From positions 1-30,384 of IMG/VR virus record IMGVR_UViG_3300022178_000631: a stretch of DNA of 30,384 nucleotides; one strand, 5' to 3'. Made by a program: the position numbers and the translations under genes. Origin of the DNA: a virus. Its lineage: Duplodnaviria; Caudoviricetes. The notes under the pieces are model-generated. The model had not been told where the DNA came from. It saw only the letters and a list, made by a program, of their open reading frames with translations, and ran no database searches. This document shows, one piece after another, positions 1-7,588 of the stretch (its first letter is position 1; the number at the start of each line of letters is the position of its first letter).

Positions 1-219
1 GTAACTAAGTCAGGTAAAAAGGTTAGCTACGGACAGGCAGGTAATGCAAAAGGTGGAGGGCCGAGGGTTAAACCAGGGACATCTAAGGGCGACAGTTATT
101 GTGCAAGAAGCTTGGGTATAAAGAAGAGGTTGTCTAAGAAAAAACAAAACAATCCTAACACCCCAAACAACTTGTCTCGTAAAAGGTGGAAATGCTCAGG
201 AGCAAAATCTAAAAAATAA
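1..219 (+). CDS. Small basic phage protein, 5'-truncated (not in ORF track)
   Basis: Frame 1 is open from base 1 to TAA 217-219: VTKSGKKVSYGQAG...PGTSKGDSYCARSLGIKK...NNPNTPNNLSRKRWKCSGAKSKK. Resembles the small Lys/Arg-rich 'S(F/Y)CAR...W.C' proteins of aquatic phages (recollection). Confidence 0.8.
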   Translation, partial: VTKSGKKVSYGQAGNAKGGGPRVKPGTSKGDSYCARSLGIKKRLSKKKQNNPNTPNNLSRKRWKCSGAKSKK

Positions 220-225
220 TATTAG

Positions 226-233
226 TATATTTG
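226..233 (+). promoter_or_regulatory. Bacteroidota -7 promoter box (TATATTTG)
   Basis: Exact TAnnTTTG in an intergenic gap, 12 nt before ATG 246. Confidence 0.7.
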
Positions 234-245
234 TAAAAAAGTAAT

Positions 246-401
246 ATGAAATCAAAAGGATTAGGAGACACGGTTGCTAAGATAACAAAAGCAACAGGAA
301 TAAAAAAGGTTGTGGATAAGGTTTCCAAGACAGTAGGTAAGGACTGCGGATGCAACAAAAGACAAGATACATTAAACAGGGCTTTCCCATATAAAAAATA
401 A
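246..401 (+). CDS. Small basic phage protein, 51 aa, KGLGDT...DCGC motif (not in ORF track)
   Basis: MKSKGLGDTVAKITKATGIKKVVDKVSKTVGKDCGCNKRQDTLNRAFPYKK*. Fills the gap exactly, follows a promoter, and the motif is familiar from Bacteroidota phages. Confidence 0.85.
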   Translation: MKSKGLGDTVAKITKATGIKKVVDKVSKTVGKDCGCNKRQDTLNRAFPYKK

Positions 402-405
402 AATA

Positions 406-672
406 ATGGCATATCAAAAATTACAAGCATCAAGGGCAGCAGCAGTTGTTCCTAACGACACAACAGATATACCTAATCCTGCTAATGCAAGTGGATTAGG
501 AAACAACGGAAACGTATTATACGTTGGAACAGGAGGAACTTTAAAGGTTAGGACTGCAGCAGGAGACGATATTACTTTCGTAAATATTGCGAATGGAACT
601 TTTCTACCAGTTCAAGTTGTTAGAGTATTTGCTACAGGAACTGGTGCATCTAATATCCTAGCATTATGGTAA
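406..672 (+). CDS. Head spike base / capsid vertex decoration protein, RcGTA Rcc01079-like
   Basis: Pattern A.AV.P.D...LYVGTGG.L.V....G..ITF.N...GTFLPVQV.RV.ATGT.A..I.ALW matches the Rcc01079-like family as I recall it. Confidence 0.75.
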   Translation: MAYQKLQASRAAAVVPNDTTDIPNPANASGLGNNGNVLYVGTGGTLKVRTAAGDDITFVNIANGTFLPVQVVRVFATGTGASNILALW

Positions 673-695
673 TAGGAATAATAATAGCTATATAG
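666..695 (+). pseudogene. 9-codon mini-ORF MVIGIIIAI*, possible remnant of a head spike fibre gene
   Basis: ATG overlaps the last codons of the spike-base gene (ttATGgtaa); alternating hydrophobic/Gly N-terminus; TAG at 693-695. Confidence 0.35.
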
Positions 696-696
696 C

Positions 697-768
697 ATGT
701 ACACACAAACAACAACCTTACTAATTGATGATGTGGTAATTAACTACGTTTTCATTGAAAATATATAA
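697..768 (+). CDS. Possible 23-aa mini-ORF MYTQTTTLLIDDVVINYVFIENI
   Basis: Tiles the gap between 695 and 772; in frame with ORF 772 but separated from it by TAA. Confidence 0.3.
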   Translation: MYTQTTTLLIDDVVINYVFIENI

Positions 769-771
769 CTT

Positions 772-1158
772 ATGAAATATAAAGAGTTAAGCAGTGCTGC
801 GACAGGCATTGTTTTGAAAAAAACTAAAATAAGCACTGACAATAGAAGGGGAGTTATAAAATCAATATTAATTGAGCCTATGACTGATTCTTTTACTGTT
901 GAATATTTCGTTGAGAGATTAGATTCAAAAGGTAATGTATTTAGTGATGTAAGTTACAACACAAAAAAAGTTAGATTTAAAGACGTTCCAGAGATTGGAA
1001 CTGTTGAGTATAGCTTAGAAGACCCGATTTTAGAGATACCTGGTAGTTACGTTAAGGTAACTGATGAAAACTTAGTTGTATCTGACTGGTACAAGACTGT
1101 TGGTGACATCTTACTTATTCCAGCTATTGCTTACATTGAGACCAAAGAAGGTCTATAA
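772..1158 (+). CDS. Hypothetical protein, 128 aa
   Basis: ORF with A-rich leader; its stop overlaps the next start (TAATG). Confidence 0.8.
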   Translation: MKYKELSSAATGIVLKKTKISTDNRRGVIKSILIEPMTDSFTVEYFVERLDSKGNVFSDVSYNTKKVRFKDVPEIGTVEYSLEDPILEIPGSYVKVTDENLVVSDWYKTVGDILLIPAIAYIETKEGL

Positions 1159-1556
1159 TGGGGTTTATATTATCAATAATAGCTTACTTACTTCTTATAC
1201 CTACTGCAATAATTAATTTTATTGTTGTGATGTATAAGAACATTAAAGTATTCGGATTTTTAAAAGCAATGAATACGTTTTGGTTTAACAACGCCTTGGA
1301 GTTGGATATATTAATGAACTTTCACTTTAGGAGTTTATGGAATGTTGTATTCCGTAGATTTGGAGGGTACAGCTTTGGATATAAAGGGGAGACTATCTCA
1401 AGTGCTTTAGGTAAAAATCAAAGAGATAAGACTTTATCTGGTTTCGGATGGTTAGTGGTAATAATTTTATATATAATTGATATCAAACACTGGTCTAAAG
1501 GTGGTCATTGCTTAAACTCAATATTTATGTTTGAAGAAAAAAAAGAAGTGAAATGA
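1158..1556 (+). CDS. Membrane protein in lysis cassette (holin/antiholin candidate)
   Basis: N-terminal hydrophobic helix, second hydrophobic stretch (GFGWLVVIILYIID), and ETISS.LG...HC motif typical of a phage membrane-protein family; upstream of the endolysin. Confidence 0.65.
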   Translation: MGFILSIIAYLLLIPTAIINFIVVMYKNIKVFGFLKAMNTFWFNNALELDILMNFHFRSLWNVVFRRFGGYSFGYKGETISSALGKNQRDKTLSGFGWLVVIILYIIDIKHWSKGGHCLNSIFMFEEKKEVK

Positions 1557-1885
1557 TATTAGAATTTTTGAAGGCTAATTGGGATAACGTTATAATTGCT
1601 TTAGGTGGTGTTGGTGCTTATTTCGGGGGTTTAAAGATGAAAAGCATTAACGAGAAACAAGCAGATACTGACGCTTTGGGTTCTATGCAGAATGCTTATA
1701 ACGAATTTGTAGTTGACCAAAAGGAAAGATATACAGAGTTAAAGTTTGAACTAAATTATGTTCGTGAAGAGTTAAAAATTGTAAAAGAAGAGAGCAGAAA
1801 TTTAAAAGAAGAGGTAAAAAGTTGGAAGGCTAAATACAATTCTTTAAAAAAGCAATTTGATACATATAAAAGAAATCATTCTTAA
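1553..1885 (+). CDS. Single-TM plus coiled-coil protein, holin candidate
   Basis: N-terminal TM (VIIALGGVGAYFGGL) then heptad-rich helix; abuts the endolysin start; ATGA overlap with the previous gene. Confidence 0.6.
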   Translation: MILEFLKANWDNVIIALGGVGAYFGGLKMKSINEKQADTDALGSMQNAYNEFVVDQKERYTELKFELNYVREELKIVKEESRNLKEEVKSWKAKYNSLKKQFDTYKRNHS

Positions 1886-2281
1886 ATGCAATTAACCAAA
1901 AACTTTTACCTACACGAGTTTAGTTGTAATGACGGAACACCTGTTCCTGAGAAGTTTATGGATAATGTTCAAGAGTTAGCGAATAATTTACAAGTACTAA
2001 GAGATTTCATTGGTCAGCCGATTCATATTAATTCATCTTACAGACACACAGCTTACAATAAGAAAATTGGAGGTGCTAAATACAGTCAACATTTAACAGC
2101 TTCTGCAAGCGATATTACATCTAAAAATATTACGCCAAAGAAATTAGCCAGAACTATCTTAAAACTCATTAAACAAGGCAAAATGACTGAGGGAGGGGTT
2201 GGTTTATACAATGGATTTGTTCACTACGATATTAGAGGGAAAAAAGCAATGTGGGATAATTCGAGTTTATTTAATTTTTAA
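1886..2281 (+). CDS. Endolysin, peptidase M15A family (Zn D-Ala-D-Ala peptidase fold)
   Basis: LTKNF...EF.C.DG, I.INSSYR...YNK.IGGA..SQH....A.DI and FVHYD.RG; His/Asp/His Zn ligands present. Confidence 0.9.
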   Translation: MQLTKNFYLHEFSCNDGTPVPEKFMDNVQELANNLQVLRDFIGQPIHINSSYRHTAYNKKIGGAKYSQHLTASASDITSKNITPKKLARTILKLIKQGKMTEGGVGLYNGFVHYDIRGKKAMWDNSSLFNF

Positions 2282-2285
2282 AATT

Positions 2286-2693
2286 ATGAAATACTTATTA
2301 ATAATATTTATTTTTTTTTCTTGCAGCCCTATTCAAAGGCATACTCGAATAGTTAAAAAATTTCCTTACGTTCACACGGTGGACAGTATTCAATTAATTG
2401 ATACGATTAAGCTAAACACGTATAAAGTCATTTCAGACACTGTGGTGCATGAAAAATACTTAACCGATACTATTACACTAAACAAGGACAATCTTTCCGT
2501 GAGGGTTCTTAGATTCAGGGATTCGATATATATTAATGGTGAATGCGACACGATATTCATTGAGAAAGTAATTGTAAGAAATATCCCAGTTAAGTACTAC
2601 AAGGAAAAAGTCTTTAAATGGAATTTTGTATTTATAGCAATAGTTTCAATTTTAGCTCTTGTATTTATTGTGAGGATTATATTCTATACATAA
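2286..2693 (+). CDS. Probable unimolecular spanin (lipoprotein with C-terminal TM); start re-called from 2199 to ATG 2286
   Basis: MKYLLIIFIFFSC lipoprotein signal with Cys13; beta-rich middle with DT/DS repeats; C-terminal TM (FVFIAIVSILALVFIVRIIF); directly after the endolysin. Confidence 0.7.
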   Translation: MKYLLIIFIFFSCSPIQRHTRIVKKFPYVHTVDSIQLIDTIKLNTYKVISDTVVHEKYLTDTITLNKDNLSVRVLRFRDSIYINGECDTIFIEKVIVRNIPVKYYKEKVFKWNFVFIAIVSILALVFIVRIIFYT

Positions 2694-2715
2694 AAAATCT
2701 TTATTAAAAAATATG

Positions 2716-2723
2716 TACCTTTG
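2716..2723 (+). promoter_or_regulatory. Bacteroidota -7 promoter box (TACCTTTG)
   Basis: Exact TAnnTTTG in the gap before ATG 2742. Confidence 0.7.
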
Positions 2724-2741
2724 TAATTCAAAGAAATTACT

Positions 2742-3458
2742 ATGGGTAAAATAAGTCAATATACGAATGACGCAGAAGTTGTGGGGTCTGACAGATGGAT
2801 CGGAACAGATTCTCAGTCTAATGATTCTACAAAAAACTTTACAGCTCAAAAAGTAGCTAACTTTCTGAACAATCAGAATCGTATTGACAATCCTGATTTA
2901 CATTATAAGTTTCAAAATAAAACCGCTTTAGATAGTAGAGATTCAGGAACAATATCTTTTGATATTTCATTAGGAGCATCAGTTCCTTTTAGCTCTGTAT
3001 CGACATTTATGTTAAGTGAAAGGTTGTTAGGAAGTTCTCCAGATATAAGTTCTTTTTATACTAATCCACTGATAGGTGCTACCGTAATGATTTCTAGAGG
3101 TGATGACATTTCTACTTTTGGAATATTCAAGTGGGATTCATCTGTTCAAAATATATTAGAGCCAACATTTTATGATATAGGATTAACCTACGCGACAGGA
3201 AACGGAGATTTAGTAGCTAACTCAAACTATATTATATCAATACTTTCTTATGGAGCAACTGGAGATAAAAATTTTGTGTTTACTCAAACCGTAGCTTCTA
3301 ATACTTGGATTATAAACCACACATTAAGCAAATTCCCTTCTGTGTCTGTTGTAGATTCAGCAGGAACTGAGGTGTTTGGACAGGTACAATACATAAACTT
3401 ATCACAAATAACAATAACATTCTCTTCAGCCTTTGCAGGAGAGGCATTTTTAAACTAA
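2742..3458 (+). CDS. Virion fibre/adaptor structural protein
   Basis: N-terminus paralogous to ORF 6572; C-terminal small beta domain (W.INH.L.KFPSVSVVD...VFG.VQY...ITITF). Confidence 0.65.
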   Translation: MGKISQYTNDAEVVGSDRWIGTDSQSNDSTKNFTAQKVANFLNNQNRIDNPDLHYKFQNKTALDSRDSGTISFDISLGASVPFSSVSTFMLSERLLGSSPDISSFYTNPLIGATVMISRGDDISTFGIFKWDSSVQNILEPTFYDIGLTYATGNGDLVANSNYIISILSYGATGDKNFVFTQTVASNTWIINHTLSKFPSVSVVDSAGTEVFGQVQYINLSQITITFSSAFAGEAFLN

Positions 3459-3462
3459 AACA

Positions 3463-4359
3463 ATGGCAATAAAGTATCTAAACAATATTTCGCTAGAGAA
3501 TAATGAAATACAGAACGTAAAAATTCAAAACCTAGCATCAGACCCTGTAGTATCAGGTCAAGGGCAGCTTATTTTTAATACAGCCTCAACAGCTCTTAAA
3601 TACTATGACGGTGCTAATTGGGTAGCTATAGGAAGTTCGTCAGGAACTGTAACTTCTGTAGCGACAGGAGAGGGGTTAACTGGAGGCCCTATAAGTACAT
3701 CAGGAACTATAAGCTTGAAAAATGCTTCTGCGTTTACAAACAATGCCATATTAAAGTGGGATAATACAGGAACTCAATTTGTTGACTCTTCTATAGTTGA
3801 TAACGGGAGTACTGTTACAATAACAGGAGGATTAACTGTAACTGGTTCTATAACAGGAAATATAAGCACGGCAACTGCCTTAGCTACAGCTAGAGACTTC
3901 TCTATATCTGGAGATATGACAGCACCTACCGTTTCATTTGATGGAACTGCGAATGTTGTGTTGTCAAGCACGCTAGCAACCGTTAATGCTAATGTAGGTT
4001 CTTTTGGAACTGCATCATCCGTAGGAACTTTCACTGTGAATGGAAAGGGACTTATAACTGCTGCTTCTAGTACGACTATAGCGATAACGGCATCACAGAT
4101 TACTGATTTTGCTACTGCTGTTGATACTGAGGTTGCAACAAGGGAGTTTGCTGCTAATATAGGAAATGGTACTTTAACTTCATACGTTGTTACTCATAAT
4201 TTAGCTACTAGAGACGTGTCTGTTCAGTGTTACAATACAACAACATTTGAAACAGTATTTTTAAGTGTTGAAAGAACTACAACTAATACAATCACTCTGG
4301 CAACTACGGTTGCTCTTGCTACAGCAGCAGTTAGGGTAGTAATAACTAAAATAGGATAA
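3463..4359 (+). CDS. Tail/virion fibre protein
   Basis: Thr/Ser/Gly/Ala-rich with fibre motifs GTVTSVATG.GLTGGPI..SGTI, ATALATAR.F.I.GD....VSFDGTANV and TVNGKGLITAAS; C-terminal THNL.TRDV.VQ.Y domain. Confidence 0.75.
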   Translation: MAIKYLNNISLENNEIQNVKIQNLASDPVVSGQGQLIFNTASTALKYYDGANWVAIGSSSGTVTSVATGEGLTGGPISTSGTISLKNASAFTNNAILKWDNTGTQFVDSSIVDNGSTVTITGGLTVTGSITGNISTATALATARDFSISGDMTAPTVSFDGTANVVLSSTLATVNANVGSFGTASSVGTFTVNGKGLITAASSTTIAITASQITDFATAVDTEVATREFAANIGNGTLTSYVVTHNLATRDVSVQCYNTTTFETVFLSVERTTTNTITLATTVALATAAVRVVITKIG

Positions 4360-4360
4360 T

Positions 4361-5542
4361 ATGCCAATAGAATTTAAGGATTCGATAGATGTTGATGGAA
4401 ATATAAAAGCAAGTCAAGCCTTTATTGACTCGAATAATTCTGCAGGAACTATAGGTCAAATATTAACATCTACAGGTAGTGTAAGTCAGTGGTCTGATGT
4501 AGTATCAGGAGCTTCAACACTTGTAGAAATAGCGTGTAAAAACACTTCAGGCGGAACTATAACAGTAGGCACACCTGTATATCAAATAGGTACTGTTGGT
4601 GCAACAGCCACAATAGAGGTAGCTCCTGCAAATGCTTTAATAAGTGCAGGTAATTATCCAGCTATTGGATTACTTAAAACTACATTAGGAAACAATGATA
4701 TTGGCTTTGTGGTAATCACTGGAGCGTTAACAAATATTATAACATCTCCTATTGATGGAGTTGTTCCAACTACAGGAGATACTGTATATCTAAAATCAGG
4801 AGGAGGACTTACGTTAACTAAACCTACAGGAGAAGGTAACGCTATTCAAAACATGGGACTTGTTGGTAAGGTATCAACAGGAACTTCAGGTTCTATTACG
4901 GTGTCATCTATAATGAGGGCTAATGATGTTCCTAACCTTCCTACGGGAAGAATTTGGGTTGGAGATGGTAATACATTAGTATCTAATACAGTGTTCGTAG
5001 ATGAGCCTAATTTAAGATTAGGGTTAGGGATAGTTGTTCCAACAGAGAAATTACACGTTGAAGGAAACGCTAGAGTAACAGGAGCTTTTATTGATTCTAA
5101 TAACCAAAGTGGAACTACAGGACAAGTACTAAGTTCAACTGCAACAGGAACAGATTGGATAACCTTAAGTGCTACTACCTGGGGGAGTATTACAGGTACG
5201 CTATCAAGTCAAACTGATTTGAATACGGCTTTAGATAATACAACTTTAATACAGACATCAGTTTACTCTGGAACTCATTCTTTAATACTTTCCGATAGGG
5301 ACACTAATATAGAAAATAACGATGACCTTATTATTGAGATACCTTTAAACTCAAGTGTTGCGTTTCCTATAGGGACTCAGATATTTTTCACAAAGAAAGC
5401 TGAAACTATTACTTTTGACCCTACTACAGGGACACAGTTAAATAGTGTTGACGGTTTAGTCGAAATGGGGAGAAGAAATTGTGGAGCAAGTTTATTAAAG
5501 ATAGGAACTGATGAGTGGAACTTAATCGGGGAACTAGTATGA
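4361..5542 (+). CDS. Modular tail/virion fibre protein
   Basis: Two AFIDSNN..GT.GQ.L.ST...W repeats, a P.EKLHV.GN fibre motif, WGSITGTLS.QTDL, and a C-terminal PLNSSVAFPIGTQI...KIGTDEW.LIG domain. Confidence 0.75.
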   Translation: MPIEFKDSIDVDGNIKASQAFIDSNNSAGTIGQILTSTGSVSQWSDVVSGASTLVEIACKNTSGGTITVGTPVYQIGTVGATATIEVAPANALISAGNYPAIGLLKTTLGNNDIGFVVITGALTNIITSPIDGVVPTTGDTVYLKSGGGLTLTKPTGEGNAIQNMGLVGKVSTGTSGSITVSSIMRANDVPNLPTGRIWVGDGNTLVSNTVFVDEPNLRLGLGIVVPTEKLHVEGNARVTGAFIDSNNQSGTTGQVLSSTATGTDWITLSATTWGSITGTLSSQTDLNTALDNTTLIQTSVYSGTHSLILSDRDTNIENNDDLIIEIPLNSSVAFPIGTQIFFTKKAETITFDPTTGTQLNSVDGLVEMGRRNCGASLLKIGTDEWNLIGELV

Positions 5543-6273
5543 TTTATAGAATAGGAACATACGCACAGAGAAATGTTTCTGCAGTCAAAGATGCTTTACA
5601 CTTTGACGCTACTTATAACGAGTGGGTTCAGTTACCTTTAAATTTTGTTACAAGCACAAGAACGGTATCGTTTTGGGCTAAGCCAGACGTAACCACTTTT
5701 AACGGTCAAGCAAGGCAATTTTTGTGTGCACAATATAAAAGTAGTGGACAACGTACTTTTTATGCTGAGTTTAGAGATACTGGGGTTATTAGAATGTATT
5801 TACCAACTTCCTCGAGTGGAAATTCTGCTGTTTTAATTGAATCAAATGCTGGTCAATATTTTAACGCTGGACAATGGTACTACATTTCAATTTCATTAGA
5901 TGCTTCTACTGGTGGAACTATGTATGTTGATGGAGTGGCACAAACAAATGTAGGAGCAAGTGCAACATTAGGATTTACACGAAGTGGTTCTAACTTTTAT
6001 TTTGGAGGGTTTGGTCCAGTAATATCTACTTTAGGAAATACTGGAACTCAAAAGGAGTTAGCTGTTTGGACTACGGCAAGAACTCAATCAGAGATTGCAG
6101 CAGATATGACAAGAACTTTTACTGGTTCAGAAACTGGACTAAAAGCTTACTTCCCTACGGCAGAAGGGAGTGGAGCAACCATCCAAGATATAAACTCTTC
6201 TTATACTGGGACTATAATAACAACAAACACAACTCCAAACTATATTGATGACTCTATGTGGGTATTATCTTAA
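5539..6273 (+). CDS. LamG/concanavalin A-like domain protein, probable receptor-binding adhesin; start re-called to ATG 5539
   Basis: AL.FD...V, TVSFWAK, GQWYYI, MYVDGV, ELAVW..ART.SEI and GL.AYF...EGSG.TI.D motifs; ATGA overlap with the upstream stop. Confidence 0.8.
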   Translation: MIYRIGTYAQRNVSAVKDALHFDATYNEWVQLPLNFVTSTRTVSFWAKPDVTTFNGQARQFLCAQYKSSGQRTFYAEFRDTGVIRMYLPTSSSGNSAVLIESNAGQYFNAGQWYYISISLDASTGGTMYVDGVAQTNVGASATLGFTRSGSNFYFGGFGPVISTLGNTGTQKELAVWTTARTQSEIAADMTRTFTGSETGLKAYFPTAEGSGATIQDINSSYTGTIITTNTTPNYIDDSMWVLS

Positions 6274-6324
6274 AAAAATAAAATATAAATGTTAATAAGG
6301 TTTAGGGATTAATAAATAATTTAC

Positions 6325-6332
6325 TATCTTTA
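6325..6332 (+). promoter_or_regulatory. Variant -7 promoter box (TATCTTTA)
   Basis: 7/8 match to TATCTTTG in an intergenic gap, with spacing to ATG 6349 like the other boxes. Confidence 0.45.
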
Positions 6333-6348
6333 TAAAAAATCAAATAAA

Positions 6349-6579
6349 ATGAATAAATTAACTAAAAAAGAATTAGAAAGAATACAAGAATTAGTGAACT
6401 CCTTCAACAAACTAAAAATCTCATTGGGAGATACGGTTATTCAGCAGAACGCTTTAATGTCTGACATTTCAGAAATGAAATCTGAGTACGCTTTAGAGGA
6501 GCAAAAACTAATGAAAAAATATGGCGAAGACGCTGTAATAAATATACAAACAGGAGAAATAAAAAAAGAAAATGGGTAA
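6349..6579 (+). CDS. Small coiled-coil protein, 76 aa
   Basis: Helical heptads ending L..KYG....INI.TGEI; A-rich leader. Confidence 0.8.
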   Translation: MNKLTKKELERIQELVNSFNKLKISLGDTVIQQNALMSDISEMKSEYALEEQKLMKKYGEDAVINIQTGEIKKENG

Positions 6580-7171
6580 GATAAGCACTTATAATTTTGA
6601 TACCGCAGTAACTGTAGATGATTTCCTTGTAGGAACTGATTTTGAAGATTCCAACATAACCAAGAGTTATTTGATTGGAGACATAATAGCGTTAGTTCCT
6701 AATTCAACAGCTCAATATGTTTTTCAAATAAAGGGAACTTCTTATGGCATTCAAAGTCCATTAGGGAGAACAGCCTTAAAGGTTGAGTTTGGCGCTACTC
6801 AGACATCTACAAATGTAGAAATAATATCAAGTGGTGACGTTGTATTTAGTACAGCAGGTAACTACCTAGTAAACACTTTTATTTCTGTTACAAAAGAAGG
6901 GGTTTCAGGGAGCGTTTCTGTTTTTGCTTTTAGAGCTTTAATAAATGGGGTTCAGGTAGGAGACCCTAAAGTTTTTAAAATAATAGAGGCAGGTTTGTTA
7001 ACACCTTACGAGTTAACAGTTCCTGTTGTTGCTAATGCAAATGACGTTTTAACGTATGAAATTATGAGAGATTCTTCTGGTAGTGACTCTGGAAGATTAG
7101 AGGGTGCAAATTTATTAGGATGGGTGGGTACTACTCCATCTGCTCAAATTGAAGTTTGGAAAAGCGTATAA
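6572..7171 (+). CDS. Virion protein with probable C1q/BclA-like beta-sandwich C-terminal domain
   Basis: N-terminus paralogous to ORF 2742; V.FG......V.....G.V.F..AG.YLV pattern. Confidence 0.6.
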   Translation: MGKISTYNFDTAVTVDDFLVGTDFEDSNITKSYLIGDIIALVPNSTAQYVFQIKGTSYGIQSPLGRTALKVEFGATQTSTNVEIISSGDVVFSTAGNYLVNTFISVTKEGVSGSVSVFAFRALINGVQVGDPKVFKIIEAGLLTPYELTVPVVANANDVLTYEIMRDSSGSDSGRLEGANLLGWVGTTPSAQIEVWKSV

Positions 7172-7172
7172 T

Positions 7173-7397
7173 ATGAATATTAGAAAAATATCAATAGGCC
7201 CTGACTACAAGGGAGGGGCGATGCACTACATAGTGGGGCAACAAGTCCTTGGAGGAAGCTATACAATTCATCTTATACAAAACCAATCTGAATCTGGAGA
7301 TATAAATATATGGATAGAAGGAGATGACGGAATAGTTATGTGGAAAAGATTTACTTCTACGATGCCTATTTCTATTGAGTACAATATAAACTTTTAA
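7173..7397 (+). CDS. Hypothetical protein, 74 aa; start re-called to ATG 7173
   Basis: MNIRKISIGPDYKGGAMHYIVGQ...MPISIEYNINF; ATG one base after the upstream stop. Confidence 0.8.
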   Translation: MNIRKISIGPDYKGGAMHYIVGQQVLGGSYTIHLIQNQSESGDINIWIEGDDGIVMWKRFTSTMPISIEYNINF

Positions 7398-7399
7398 GG

Positions 7400-7579
7400 A
7401 TGACTGAAGCAGAAAGAAGATTACTACAATTAAAGATAGAAGAGTTGGAGTCTCAAAAGGAGGGGAAGACTTGGATGGATAAGTTAGAATTATCTGACGA
7501 AATCCACAATATTAAAATGAAATTAAATGGGGTCAAGCCAACAGATAGTCAAATAGATTGTATTGGTTGCGGCTCGTAA
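7400..7579 (+). CDS. 59-aa protein ending in CxxC-GS (not in ORF track)
   Basis: MTEAERRLLQLKIEELESQKEGKTWMDKLELSDEIHNIKMKLNGVKPTDSQIDCIGCGS*; fills the gap exactly. Confidence 0.85.
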   Translation: MTEAERRLLQLKIEELESQKEGKTWMDKLELSDEIHNIKMKLNGVKPTDSQIDCIGCGS

Positions 7580-7588
7580 GCACCAACT

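Noticed and set aside
6274-6348. ncRNA, tRNA or terminator in this intergenic gap
   Set aside because: Very AT-rich with no stable stem or cloverleaf; explained by a promoter and leader. No tRNA was seen anywhere in the window.
2742-7171. Diversity-generating retroelement or invertible fibre cassette
   Set aside because: No reverse transcriptase or recombinase, no near-identical repeat pair differing at adenines, and no inverted repeats seen
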